64,000 nucleotides of DNA from an uncultured Chloroflexia bacterium (GTDB taxonomy: Bacteria; Chloroflexota; Limnocylindria; Limnocylindrales; CSP1-4), in the NCBI GenBank assembly GCA_963734995.1, contig CAVTJD010000012.1:13754-77753 (forward strand), given 5' to 3'. The notes beneath the pieces were generated by a model. That model was not told where the DNA came from. It did no database searches and was given only the letters and a program-made list of their open reading frames with translations. The position numbers and the translations under genes were made by a program. Below, one piece after another: positions 1-9,648 of the stretch (the stretch's first letter is position 1; each line of letters opens with the position of its first letter).

Positions 1-559
1 CGCCGGCAAGGATTTTCTCCCCACCTCGATGGGGGGCTTCAATATGGAGGTCAAAAAGGGCGTCCTGCACAAGTTTCAGTTTCTCTCGAAGGTCTTTTCC
101 CTTCTCAACGTATCGCAGATCCTCACCTTCAAACTTCCCGATATGTCGCTGGAGGGCATGCCCTTTACCCGGCTGAAGGGTTCCTTCACCCTGCGCCGGG
201 GCGTTCTGTCCACCAACGATCTGTTCGTCGACAGCAACGCCATGAACCTCTCCCTCGTTGGGCAGATGAATCTTCAGGACCAGAAAGTGGACCTGATCCT
301 CGGGGTCAAGCCGCTGAAAACCGTTGACAAGATCATCACCCATATTCCACTTGCCGGCTGGATTTTGACCGGGAAGCAAAAGGCGCTGATCACCGCGTAC
401 TTCAAAATCAGGGGAAAGAGCGACGACCCGGGGGTCACCGCCATCCCCATCACGTCGATTTCCGATCAGGTTTTCGGGATCTTCAAGAGGATTTTCGGCC
501 TGCCGGGAAAGGTCATTACCGATATGGGGGAGCTGCTGAAACAGGAGAACGGGAAGTAG
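1..559 (+). CDS. AsmA-like C-terminal domain protein (YhdP/AsmA family), 5' part outside window
   Basis: GMPFTRLKGSFTLRRGVLSTNDLFVDS...VKPLKTVDKIITHIPLAGWILTG is typical of AsmA_2 C-termini; the gene appears to continue past the window's 5' edge. Confidence 0.75.
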   Translation, partial: AGKDFLPTSMGGFNMEVKKGVLHKFQFLSKVFSLLNVSQILTFKLPDMSLEGMPFTRLKGSFTLRRGVLSTNDLFVDSNAMNLSLVGQMNLQDQKVDLILGVKPLKTVDKIITHIPLAGWILTGKQKALITAYFKIRGKSDDPGVTAIPITSISDQVFGIFKRIFGLPGKVITDMGELLKQENGK

Positions 560-572
560 GGAAAGGGAAGGA

Positions 573-1286
573 TCAGCCGGGGCGGTCGCCCACATAGACG
601 GTGGCAATGCCGAAGGTCAGGTCGAAATGGCGCACTTCGCTAAATCCCGCTTCCGCCATCATTTTCTTGAAAACTTCCCGATCGGGAAATTCCAGCACCG
701 AATCGGGAAGATACTGGTAGGCGCTGCGCTGGGAGAAAAGCCCGCCGATGGCGGGCAGGATGCGGCGAAAGTAAAAATAGTAAAGGGCCTTGAAGAGGCG
801 GCTGGGAGGGTTGGAAAATTCCAGAATGACGGCCCGCCCCCCCGGTTTCAGGACCCGGCACATCTCCCTGAGGCCCGCCGGGCGGTCGACGACGTTGCGG
901 ATGCCGAAAGCGATGGTGACTCCGTCAAAGGTGGATGAGGGGTGGGGCATCGCCTCGCAGGGCGCATTCACCAGATGGATTCGATGCCGGTAGGGGGACT
1001 TGTGGATCTTTTCCCGACCATGTACCAGCATCCCCTGGGTAAAGTCTTCGCCGACGATGCGAACTGAATCGGGGGTGCGCGAGGCAATTTCCAGGGCCAC
1101 ATCACCGGTACCGGTGGCCACGTCGAGCACCTTCCCCCCGGCGGGGACCTGGAGCTGCCCCACCGCAAAGGTTCGCCAGCGGCGATCGATCCCCAGGGAA
1201 AGCAACCGGTTGAGCAGATCGTAGCGGGGCGCGATGGCATCGAACATATCCCGAATGCCCCGCCCCTTTTCCGAAAGTTTGAACAT
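573..1286 (-). CDS. ubiE: Demethylmenaquinone / ubiquinone C-methyltransferase UbiE/MenG
   Basis: MFDAIAPRYDLLNRLLSLGIDRRWR, SAM motif VLDVATGTGD, AFGIRNV, RVLKPGG, AYQYLPDSV. Confidence 0.95.
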   Translation of the reverse strand: MFKLSEKGRGIRDMFDAIAPRYDLLNRLLSLGIDRRWRTFAVGQLQVPAGGKVLDVATGTGDVALEIASRTPDSVRIVGEDFTQGMLVHGREKIHKSPYRHRIHLVNAPCEAMPHPSSTFDGVTIAFGIRNVVDRPAGLREMCRVLKPGGRAVILEFSNPPSRLFKALYYFYFRRILPAIGGLFSQRSAYQYLPDSVLEFPDREVFKKMMAEAGFSEVRHFDLTFGIATVYVGDRPG

Positions 1287-1452
1287 GGCAACGTCTCCCC
1301 GAACCCCGAGGAAGTACGAACAGGGCTCAGCGGGTGACCTTTTAGCACACCGGCCACGCCCCTGTCAGCAAAAAAGAACTTTTCTTCCGAATCGGACCCG
1401 CGATACAGTGGCCGATATCCGTCCGACCGACTCCCCTCACATGGAGGTCTCC

Positions 1453-1846
1453 ATGCTTCCCCTGCTCGTCACCGCCGCCATTCTCCGAGATGCCGGTAAA
1501 GTGCTCATCACCCGCCGCCCGGAGGGTCGGCCATATGCGGGGATGTGGGAGTTTCCCGGCGGCAAGATGGATGGCGGCGAAACCCCGCAGGACTGTCTGC
1601 GGCGTGAAATCGTCGAAGAACTCGACCTGCGGATCGAGGTCGGCTCCATTTTCGAAGCGGTCTACTACCGGTACGAAGTGGGGCCCGGTCCTGATCCTGG
1701 CCTATGAGTGCCGACCGCTGTCGGAATGCATCCGGAACGTCGAAGTCGCCGAACACCGCTGGGTATTCCCCTCCGACCTGGAGGAGTATACCCTGCTGCC
1801 CGCCGACCGCCCGATCATCGATAAGCTTCTCCTGGGCAACGGCTGA
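1453..1846 (+). CDS. NUDIX (d)NTP pyrophosphohydrolase, MutT/NudG-like; one frameshift near 1680
   Basis: Nudix box WEFPGGKMDGGETPQDCLRREIVEEL in one frame; C-terminus ...LLPADRPII in another; GGAGG RBS at 1443. Confidence 0.85.
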
Positions 1847-2068
1847 TTCACCTTTCCCCCGTACCTACCGGTAGCCCCATAGTCAAACCACCGTTCCGAA
1901 AAAGTCTTTTATCCTATCTCAAAGAGGCGTTAAAAACGTTCCGAATTGCATTATTAATCGATAAAAACAAACATTTCCCAAAACGACCCAGCCGGCCGTC
2001 AAGGCTATTCTTTCCGGAATTTCCATTCGTCATACTTCTTATACAGGGTTTCGCTCAAAACAATCGTA

Positions 2069-2097
2069 TTGACAAAAATAGAACATCGTATTAATTT
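2069..2097 (+). promoter_or_regulatory. Putative sigma70 promoter of the IclR gene
   Basis: TTGACA (2069-2074), 17 nt spacer, TAATTT; ATCGTATT direct repeat at 2063 and 2085. Confidence 0.5.
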
Positions 2098-2181
2098 ATC
2101 GTTGACGCCAACAAGCCATTTCCCCCTATATCGACGGGAGAAAGTCCATCCCGGAGCCGGCAATCCGAAAGCTTGCCGCAG

Positions 2182-2985
2182 ATGCCAAGGAGTCGCCCAT
2201 TGCCCGGCCGAGAGAAGGATTCTTACTCCATCCAGTCTGTCGAAAACGCCCTTGACGTTCTGGAAGCTCTCTGCGAAGAAGGGGACGAGGTCCGCATCTC
2301 CCGCCTGAGCGAAAAACTCGGAATGAATAAAACCAGCGTCTTTCGTCTTCTCGCGACCTTTGAAAACCGGGGTTACGTGGAGCGGGAAAGTGGGTCGGGC
2401 AAATACCGCCTGGGGACTTCGGCCTACGAGATGGGCCAGAAGATCCTCTCGCGCATGGGGTTGTTGCGAAAGGCCCGGCCGGTCATGGAGAGGCTGGTGC
2501 GCGAGTGCAACGAAGCGATCTATATCGCCATTCGGCGAGGCGAAGATGTCCTTTTCCTCGACATGGTGGACACCAGCCACCAGGTCAAAATTATCTCCCT
2601 GGTGGGAAAACACTACCCGCTGGGAGCCACCGCGGCCGGAAAGATCCTCTTGGCCGGCGGCATCGGGCCCGGTATGAAGCCAGGCGATCCTCCCCCCGAC
2701 AATCAGGCACCCTCCTTTTCCCCCCAAAAAGAAATTTCAACCATCCGGCAAGCCGGAGCCTGCACCGACTTCGAGTGTCTGGGCGAGGGAATCGCCAGCG
2801 TTGCCGTACCGCTGTTCAGCGCCGGCGGCGATTTACCCGGCTGCCTCTGCATGGTCGGTCCCGATTTCCGCATGACTCCGGAGCGAATAGAAACCGAATT
2901 TCTCCCCCGACTCAAGGAGGCCGGCATCACGATCTCATCCAAACTGGGGTATTTCGGACACTACCTCGGCGGGGAATTTTTGTAG
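2182..2985 (+). CDS. IclR family transcriptional regulator
   Basis: IQSVENALDVLEAL...LGMNKTSVFRLLATFENRGYV HTH; ATAAGKILLA and GIASVAVPLF effector domain. Confidence 0.93.
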   Translation: MPRSRPLPGREKDSYSIQSVENALDVLEALCEEGDEVRISRLSEKLGMNKTSVFRLLATFENRGYVERESGSGKYRLGTSAYEMGQKILSRMGLLRKARPVMERLVRECNEAIYIAIRRGEDVLFLDMVDTSHQVKIISLVGKHYPLGATAAGKILLAGGIGPGMKPGDPPPDNQAPSFSPQKEISTIRQAGACTDFECLGEGIASVAVPLFSAGGDLPGCLCMVGPDFRMTPERIETEFLPRLKEAGITISSKLGYFGHYLGGEFL

Positions 2986-3032
2986 ATTGGAAAAGGGGCC
3001 GTTTCACCATCCCAATTGCTAAGGAGGAAGAG

Positions 3033-4295
3033 TCACCTCCCCTCCTTAACCCGAAGCACGTGCACCGAGCAGGAGATACAGGGGTCATAGGCGCGGATGA
3101 GGCGCTGGGCACGAATGACCATGTCGGCCTCTGAGCCGGCGTCGGCCAGATCGGCCAGCAGCTGTCCCTCCATCGTCGCCTGATTGATTGCAGTCGGTGT
3201 AACGATGTCGGCGGCGACGACCCGACCACGATCGTCGAGAGCGTAGTGATGGATCAGCAAGCCGCGGGGGGCCTCGATGACCTCCGTTCCGATCCCCGCT
3301 CCGGGACGCACCTCCGCCAGCAGCGGCTCTCCTCCTTCGCATTCCAGAAGATCTTCCCCCAAACGGCGCATCCTCTGTAACACCCAGAACAGCTCCCTCC
3401 CTTGGGCGGCGTTGTTGCCGTGGATACCGAAAGACGCCGGAGGAAAAGCGAGACCGCATCCGGATCGCCCAGCGTTTTCCAACCGCGCCAAGGCGCCGGC
3501 CAGAAAGGGGGCGCTTTCCTCTCCGGACTCTTTGGCGTTGGAGTGAGAAACGGGCCTTTCCGCCAGCAGCCCCCGGTATTTTTCTCCGGCGACCACCCGT
3601 CCGTCGGAAAGGGACAGGGTTTCCCCGAAGAGGGAAAATCCCCCTCCCCCGGAGACAGAAATCCGGGTCCCGAGGGCCGGCTTGGCTGGCGGGTAGTTCT
3701 CTGCGCGGTCAAAGGGAGCGACCAGTTCCGGCAGGCGCTTCTCCCAGGTGTCGATTTCAGTCAAAAGCGAGTGAAGCTCCCTTCGATCCGGAAGTCGCAG
3801 AACGCCCCCCACCTCAACATTGACCGGATGGATCACCCGCCCTCCGGCCAGCTCCTGGAGCCGGTTGCCCAGTTTTTTTAAGGCCAGGCCCTCCCGGGCG
3901 ATCTCGTTGCCGGCGCGCAGCAGATCGATGATGCTCGCGGCCTGGAACAGATCGGGGAGCACCAGGCAGAAAAGGTGCAGGGCATGGCTTTCGATGTGCC
4001 CCCCCAGCAACAGCAGCTCCCTGACCTTTCGCGCCGCGGCCGGGATCTTGAGCCCCAGGGCCTTTTCCAGGGCCCCGGCCGCCGCCACCCGATGGACCGC
4101 CGAGCAGATGGCACAGACCCGGCAGACCAAGGCCGGGACCTCGGCGAAAGAGCGCCCCACCACCAGCCCTTCGAAAAGCCGTGGGGATTCGAGCAGCGAG
4201 ACCCGGGCTTGCACCAGCCGGCCCTTCTGAAGGACGAGGTCCACCCGGCCGTGGCCCTCCACTCGGGTCAGGGGATGCAGACTAACGGTCCTCAT
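3033..4295 (-). CDS. NiFe hydrogenase large (alpha) subunit, group 3b / sulfhydrogenase-like
   Basis: TRVEGHG, L1 motif RVCAIC, EAPRGLLIHHY, L2 motif DPCISCSVH plus short C-terminal extension. Confidence 0.93.
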   Translation of the reverse strand: MRTVSLHPLTRVEGHGRVDLVLQKGRLVQARVSLLESPRLFEGLVVGRSFAEVPALVCRVCAICSAVHRVAAAGALEKALGLKIPAAARKVRELLLLGGHIESHALHLFCLVLPDLFQAASIIDLLRAGNEIAREGLALKKLGNRLQELAGGRVIHPVNVEVGGVLRLPDRRELHSLLTEIDTWEKRLPELVAPFDRAENYPPAKPALGTRISVSGGGGFSLFGETLSLSDGRVVAGEKYRGLLAERPVSHSNAKESGEESAPFLAGALARLENAGRSGCGLAFPPASFGIHGNNAAQGRELFWVLQRMRRLGEDLLECEGGEPLLAEVRPGAGIGTEVIEAPRGLLIHHYALDDRGRVVAADIVTPTAINQATMEGQLLADLADAGSEADMVIRAQRLIRAYDPCISCSVHVLRVKEGR

Positions 4296-5026
4296 GGGAT
4301 CTCCCGGTAAAGCGTTCCATGCGGCTGCGGATTTCTGCCTCCGACAGACCCTGGTCGAGCAGCAGGCGAAATTCCTCCTCCCGGTTGGCCTCGGCCGCCA
4401 GCCCCCGGCAGCCTTCGCACACCACGCCGAAGGACGGGCACAGGGCTCCGCATCCGGCCCGGGTCACAGGCCCCAGGCAGGGCTGCTTCCCCTCGATCAG
4501 CAGGCAGCGGTTTTCCCGTTGTCGGCACTCCATGCAGACGGCATACTCGGGCAGAGCCGGAAGCACCCCCCGGGCCAGCGCCCCCAAGGTCAGCAGATGC
4601 TCGCTGCGCTCAGGGGGCAGCCGGCAACCTCCAGATCGACCTTGACGAAGCGCGCCAGGGGCTGGGGCGGGAAGGTGGTCTTCTCCCGGGCCGTTTCGCC
4701 GTACACCTGGTCGCACAGGGCCGCCCGGTCGGCTCCGCCGAGGGTGTTCACCCCCCCGGTCAGGGCGCAGGCGCCGACGGCGACGAGCACCCGGGCGCGG
4801 CGGCGCAGCTCCAGCAACTGGCTGAGTTCCTCGGGGCGGGAGATCGACCCCTCCACCAGCACCGCATCGAGTTCCCCGCGATCATCCGGCCGGGAAGAGG
4901 CCATGTCGAAGGCCACGATATCGGCCTCGCGGCGAGAGCGGACAGTTCCTCTTCGCAGTTGAGAAGGGTCAACTGGCAACCGCAGCAGGAGGTGAAGCGC
5001 ACGTAGGCCAGGCGCAACTTTTTCAT
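4282..5026 (-). CDS. NiFe hydrogenase small (delta) subunit; two frameshifts (~4930, ~4610)
   Basis: TSCCGCQL, LVEGSIS, LVAVGACALTGG, GCP, VCMEC..CLGPVTRAGCGALCP..CEGCRG spread over three frames. Confidence 0.88.
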
Positions 5027-5052
5027 ATTTTACCTTTTACCTGCGTTTTTCT

Positions 5053-5078
5053 GTAGGGGCGGCCCCCCGTGGCCGCCC
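5053..5078 (+). repeat. GTAG-type REP-like palindrome inside the hydrogenase operon
   Basis: GTAG followed by the perfect stem GGGCGGCC-N6-GGCCGCCC. Confidence 0.55.
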
Positions 5079-5137
5079 TTGGACAGGCAGACAGTCCCCC
5101 ATCTGAACATCTATCCTGCTGCCGCCCGGGGTCGCCG

Positions 5138-5965
5138 TCAAATCGCATTTTCTATCGTTCGCACCTGCTCGAGGGTGAAAACCGGCCCTTCCCGGCAGAC
5201 GAACACGCCGCCGGTCACGCAGTGGCAGCACTGCCCGACGCCGCACTTCATCCGCCGCTCGAGGGTCAGGTAGATCGCTGCCGGATCGACCCCGAGGGAC
5301 GCCAGTTCTTCGGGAACACAGGTATAGAGCGCCGGCGGGCCGCACACGGCGGCGACGGTTCGATCCGGGGTGAATTCCAGCCCCTCGAGCAGTTCGGTCA
5401 CCAGGCCGACCTTGCACAAAAACCGCCCCGCCGACCAGGGCAATTCAGTGGTAAAATCGACGGAAAAGCGTGCCGTGAGCGTGCCCGAATCAGCCAGCGC
5501 TTCCAGTTCCGGCCGGAACAGGAGGAGTTCGGGCTCGCGGGAACCGTAGAGCAGGATGAGCCGCTCTAAACGCTCCCGTTGGCTCAGGAGGGCCTGGAGC
5601 AGCCCCCGCAACGGGGCCATACCCAGCCCTCCCGCCACCAGCAGAACGTCCCTGCCCTCGAAAGCCGAGAGCGGAAAGCCGTTGCCGAAGGGGCCGCGAA
5701 ACCCGACGGTCGCCCCTTCGCTGAGTCCGTACAGGGCCGCCGTCACCCGGCCCGCCTTGCGAATGCAGGCCTCGAAGGTGCCGCCTGAGGGATAGGCGGC
5801 GCTCGACACCGGGAAGGCCCCGGCCCCGGGAATCGAGAACTCCAGGAACTGTCCGGGGGCGACGGTGAGCGGAGAGGAAAGTCGAAAGGAAAAAACGTGG
5901 TGGTCGCGGACCCGGCGATCGATCCTTTCGATAACTGCGGGAATCGGGAGAAAATCGACCGTCAT
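5138..5965 (-). CDS. Hydrogenase gamma subunit (FAD/NAD(P)-binding, 2Fe-2S)
   Basis: PGQF, RGPFGNGF, VAGGLGMAPLR, CGPP, ERRMKCGVGQCCHC...CREGPVF; ATGA overlap with the beta gene. Confidence 0.92.
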   Translation of the reverse strand: MTVDFLPIPAVIERIDRRVRDHHVFSFRLSSPLTVAPGQFLEFSIPGAGAFPVSSAAYPSGGTFEACIRKAGRVTAALYGLSEGATVGFRGPFGNGFPLSAFEGRDVLLVAGGLGMAPLRGLLQALLSQRERLERLILLYGSREPELLLFRPELEALADSGTLTARFSVDFTTELPWSAGRFLCKVGLVTELLEGLEFTPDRTVAAVCGPPALYTCVPEELASLGVDPAAIYLTLERRMKCGVGQCCHCVTGGVFVCREGPVFTLEQVRTIENAI

Positions 5966-6924
5966 CGGGCCCCTCCTTCGGTCAGCGTCGTCAGCACCTC
6001 CGCGATGTCGATATCCACAGGGCAGGCGTGGCCGCAGCGTCCGCAGCCGACGCAGGAGGAGGTTCCGCGCAGCTCGCCGAAGCCGAGCAGCTTGTGCTCG
6101 AACCGGAAGCGCAGCCGCGCCTCCCGGCCGGGGCGAAAATTGTGCCCACCCGCCACCAGGGCATGCGTGCGAAAAAAGCAGTTGTCCCACTCCCGATGGC
6201 GGATGACGGGTCCGCCGGGGAGTGCCTCGTCCACCACGTCGTAGCAGTAGCAGGTGGGACAGACCGCCGCGCAGGCGCCGCAGGAAAGGCAGCGACCTCC
6301 AACCCGGCGCCAGAGAGGGGCGTCGGCCCTGTCCAAAAAGAGCTCTTCGAGGTTTTCCGGCGAAAGACTTCCCTGCCCCTGAAACATCTCTTCCGGAAGC
6401 CGGGCTTCCGGCTCATCGGACAGATCCGATCCCAACCCGTCCAGCAGGGCCTCCCCTCCCGGAGAGCCCACCCAGATCCGCTTGGAAGCCAGAAAGAGAT
6501 CGAAGGGGGGAGCCTCTTTCCGGGGCGGGCAGAAACAGGACTCACTGGGGGCGCAGGCGGTCCCGATGACCAGAAGATTTTGACGGCGCCGCCGGTAATG
6601 GGGATCGTCGACGAACACCCGGTCGAGATAAGACAGGCCGTACAGATCGCAGGGGGAAATCCCCACCAGCGCCAGGGGCGCTGACGCAGCGGGAGGCCGA
6701 TAGCCCGAGGTCTCCATCCGCCAGAGTTCGTCCCGGGGAGGAAGAAGGAATTTTTTCAGGGGAATGAGCGGCAGGGCTTCAAGGCTCAGCTCCGCCCAGT
6801 GAGCCACGGGCTGCAAACGACAGATGCCGTCCCCTGCCTTCACCGGGCCGAATCGACTGAATTCCGGAGGAATGGCCTGAAACAACCGCTCCTCGAAGCC
6901 ATCCGTGAAACGAAACGACCGCAT
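5962..6924 (-). CDS. Hydrogenase beta subunit (4Fe-4S dicluster, AsrA-like)
   Basis: CLSCGACAAVCPTCYC, REWDNC, CVGCGRCGHACPVDI; GGAGG RBS. Confidence 0.92.
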   Translation of the reverse strand: MRSFRFTDGFEERLFQAIPPEFSRFGPVKAGDGICRLQPVAHWAELSLEALPLIPLKKFLLPPRDELWRMETSGYRPPAASAPLALVGISPCDLYGLSYLDRVFVDDPHYRRRRQNLLVIGTACAPSESCFCPPRKEAPPFDLFLASKRIWVGSPGGEALLDGLGSDLSDEPEARLPEEMFQGQGSLSPENLEELFLDRADAPLWRRVGGRCLSCGACAAVCPTCYCYDVVDEALPGGPVIRHREWDNCFFRTHALVAGGHNFRPGREARLRFRFEHKLLGFGELRGTSSCVGCGRCGHACPVDIDIAEVLTTLTEGGAR

Positions 6925-7001
6925 CGGCGCCTCCTGCGAGTGTCTTCCAGTCTATCACCGGGAAGAACGACGACAAGGACTGTTCGCCGGACGCACTTCT
7001 C

Positions 7002-8111
7002 TCAATAGAGGCGGTGCCGGAACAACCGTCCGGCGAGCGCCATGGTCGCCAGACCGATGGCGGCCATGGGCCAGTACTGGGGCCAGAGGGCCGCCAGAGA
7101 ATTCCCCTGCAGGAAGACCCCCCGCAGGATAACCATGAAGTAGCGCATCGGGTTGAGCAGTGTCAGTTTCTGGACGATCTCGGGCATGTTGGCGATGGGC
7201 GTGGCAAAGCCCGAAAGGATGATGGCGGGCACCAGGAAGAGGAAGGCACCGAGCAGTCCCTGCTGTTGGGTGACGGAGATGGAGGAGATCATCAGGCCGA
7301 CACCGATGGAGGAGAGGAGAAAGAGGAAGAGGCCGAGGTAGAGAGCCGCAAGGCTGCCGCGCAGGGGGACGTGGAACCAGGCGACGGCCACCACGATGAT
7401 CAGGGTCGCCTCGACGAAGCCGATGAGGAAACCCGGTAGCGCCTTGCCGAGCAGGATCTCCACCGGCCGCAGGGGGGTGACGAGCAGCTGGTCGAAGGTT
7501 CCCGCCTCCCGCTCCCGGGCCACCGACAGGGCGGTTACCAGCATGGTCACCACCAGGGTCAGCAGACCGACGATCCCCGGCACGATGAACCAGCGGCTCT
7601 CCAGATTGCTGTTGAACCAGGCCCGCACCCGCAGCCGGGCAGGCGCCGGGGGGCGCCCCCGGGCGGCGGCCCAGGCGCTCGAAAAGCGGGTGACGATCTC
7701 CCGGGCATACCCGGCGACGATGGCGGCGGTGTTGGAGTTGCGCCCGTCGACGATGAGCTGCACCGCGCCCGGGCGACCCTGCAGCAGGTCGCGGGTAAAG
7801 CGCGGCCCGATGTGCAGCACCATCAGCGCCCGTTTGTCGTCGATCAGGGGAGCAATCTGGCCCTCGCGCTCCAGGGTGCCGACCAGGTGGAAATTTTTCG
7901 AGCCCTCGAAGCGGGCGAGCAGCTCGCGAGAGGCCTGCCCCGCGTCCTCGTTGTAGACCGCCAGGGGCACCCGGTTTACGTCGAAGGTGGCCGCGTAGCC
8001 GAAGACCAGCAGCTGGATCAGCGGCGGGACGATGAGCACGGTGCGGCTCTTGGGGTCCTTGAGCAGGGCCAGAAATTCCTTGTGGATCAGGGCGAGGATG
8101 CGTCGCCACAT
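7002..8111 (-). CDS. ABC-2 exporter permease, YbhR-like
   Basis: KEFLALLKDP, DGRNSNTA, SVAREREAGTFDQLLVTP, LSGFATPIANMP. Confidence 0.92.
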   Translation of the reverse strand: MWRRILALIHKEFLALLKDPKSRTVLIVPPLIQLLVFGYAATFDVNRVPLAVYNEDAGQASRELLARFEGSKNFHLVGTLEREGQIAPLIDDKRALMVLHIGPRFTRDLLQGRPGAVQLIVDGRNSNTAAIVAGYAREIVTRFSSAWAAARGRPPAPARLRVRAWFNSNLESRWFIVPGIVGLLTLVVTMLVTALSVAREREAGTFDQLLVTPLRPVEILLGKALPGFLIGFVEATLIIVVAVAWFHVPLRGSLAALYLGLFLFLLSSIGVGLMISSISVTQQQGLLGAFLFLVPAIILSGFATPIANMPEIVQKLTLLNPMRYFMVILRGVFLQGNSLAALWPQYWPMAAIGLATMALAGRLFRHRLY

Positions 8112-8196
8112 AGGAAAGACTCCTTGAGTTTGTTACCTGTGCAATTGAAAGGCTAATGCCACTTTTCTAAGAGATAAACGAAATTCTCGAACCAAA

Positions 8197-8275
8197 GCCG
8201 GCGGGTCGCGCCCCGCCAGGCGCCTTACTTTTGTCCAGGCGGCAACAAAAGTAAGCAAAAATGCCTTTCCCTGCC
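8197..8275. repeat. Palindromic intergenic repeat (TTACTTTT...AAAAGTAA type) within a 385-bp gap in the ABC operon
   Basis: Hairpin GGCGGG-N6-CCCGCC, then a perfect 11-bp inverted repeat CTTACTTTTGT-N10-ACAAAAGTAAG followed by CAAAA. Confidence 0.6.
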
Positions 8276-8496
8276 GGGAGCCTTTCTTTCGCCGGGATTC
8301 CAAGCTCTTTACAACGTCTGGGTACAAAACACGTAGGACACTTCGTGGCGCCTCCACGTGATTGGAACAGTGCTTGAGCGCGCCAACCGGTCGGGTAAGT
8401 TGTAAGGGCACTCCTTCAGCGGGTTTTTAAAATCCAACCTCCGGATGGAACGGGTTTAGGTTTCCGCATCCCGCATCCCGCGTCCCGACCTGCCCC

Positions 8497-9648
8497 CTAC
8501 TCCAACCTCTTTCTCGTTCTGCGGCGAACCATCAACAGGAAAAAGGCGGCCATGGCGATCAGGGCGAGGGAATTGGCGATGACCACCTTCCAGACGTTGC
8601 CGGCGAGAAAGACCGTCTGCAGGATCGCCACGTAATAGCGGGCGGCGAGCACATGGGTGAGAAGCCGGATCGGTGCGGGCATACTTCCGATGTCGAAGAT
8701 GAAACCCGAGAGAATGAAGGCCGGCAGAAAGGTCGCGATGATCGCCGCCTGGGAGGCGATAAACTGGTTGCGGGCCACTGTCGAGATCAGCAGACCCATC
8801 CCCAGCGCTGCGAGCAAAAAGAGCGCCGAGGTGCCGAGCAGCACCCAGAGCGAACCTCGCAGCGGCACGTGGAAGAGCCAGACCGCCATCCCCACCGAAA
8901 AGACCAACCCTCCCATGCCGAGGATGAAATAGGGGATCAACTTGCCAAGCAGGATCTCGGGAACCCGCACCGGGGTGACCAGCAACGCCTCCAGGGTGCC
9001 GCGCTCCCACTCTCTGGCCACCACCAGGGAGGTGAGCAGGGCGCCGATCAGGGTCATGATGATGGCGATCAATCCCGGCACCAGAAAATCGCGGCTGCGC
9101 AATCCCGGGTTGAACCAGATCCGCTGCTGCAGCTCGATCACCGGCCGCAGCGGCTTCCCCCTAGCGGCGGCGCGCTGGGCCAGCCAGGTGCTCCAGACCC
9201 CCTGCACGTACCCCTCGACGAGGCGGGCGGTGTTGGCGTCGACGCCGTTGACGAAGACCCCGATATCCGCCGGGTCGGCGGCAAGGACCCGGGAGCCGAA
9301 ATTCCCCCGCAACCAGACGATCCCCTGCACCCGCCCTGCGGCCAGGGCGCCCTCCGCCGCCCGGATGTCGTCGAAATGCCGGGGGGCGAAGTACTCCGAG
9401 TGGGAGAAAGCGCCGGTAAAGCTTGCGGTGAGGGGGGTCGGGTGCTCCACCACCAGGGCGATGGGGGTGTGCCGGGCATCGAGAGAGACGCCGTAGCCGA
9501 ACAGCAGAAGCAGCACCAGGGGCATGATGAAGGCGATGGCGATGCTGGAGGGATCGCGGACGATCTGCCACATCTCCTTGCGCAGCAACCCCCGCAGGCG
9601 CAGCAGGGCGGGGCGGCGGATTTCGCTCTCGTCCCCTTTCGGACTCAC
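8497..9648 (-). CDS. ABC-2 exporter permease, YbhS-like
   Basis: KEMWQIVRDPSS, LFGYGVSLD, VAREWERGTLEALLVTP, LSGFIFDIGSMP. Confidence 0.92.
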   Translation of the reverse strand: MSPKGDESEIRRPALLRLRGLLRKEMWQIVRDPSSIAIAFIMPLVLLLLFGYGVSLDARHTPIALVVEHPTPLTASFTGAFSHSEYFAPRHFDDIRAAEGALAAGRVQGIVWLRGNFGSRVLAADPADIGVFVNGVDANTARLVEGYVQGVWSTWLAQRAAARGKPLRPVIELQQRIWFNPGLRSRDFLVPGLIAIIMTLIGALLTSLVVAREWERGTLEALLVTPVRVPEILLGKLIPYFILGMGGLVFSVGMAVWLFHVPLRGSLWVLLGTSALFLLAALGMGLLISTVARNQFIASQAAIIATFLPAFILSGFIFDIGSMPAPIRLLTHVLAARYYVAILQTVFLAGNVWKVVIANSLALIAMAAFFLLMVRRRTRKRLE

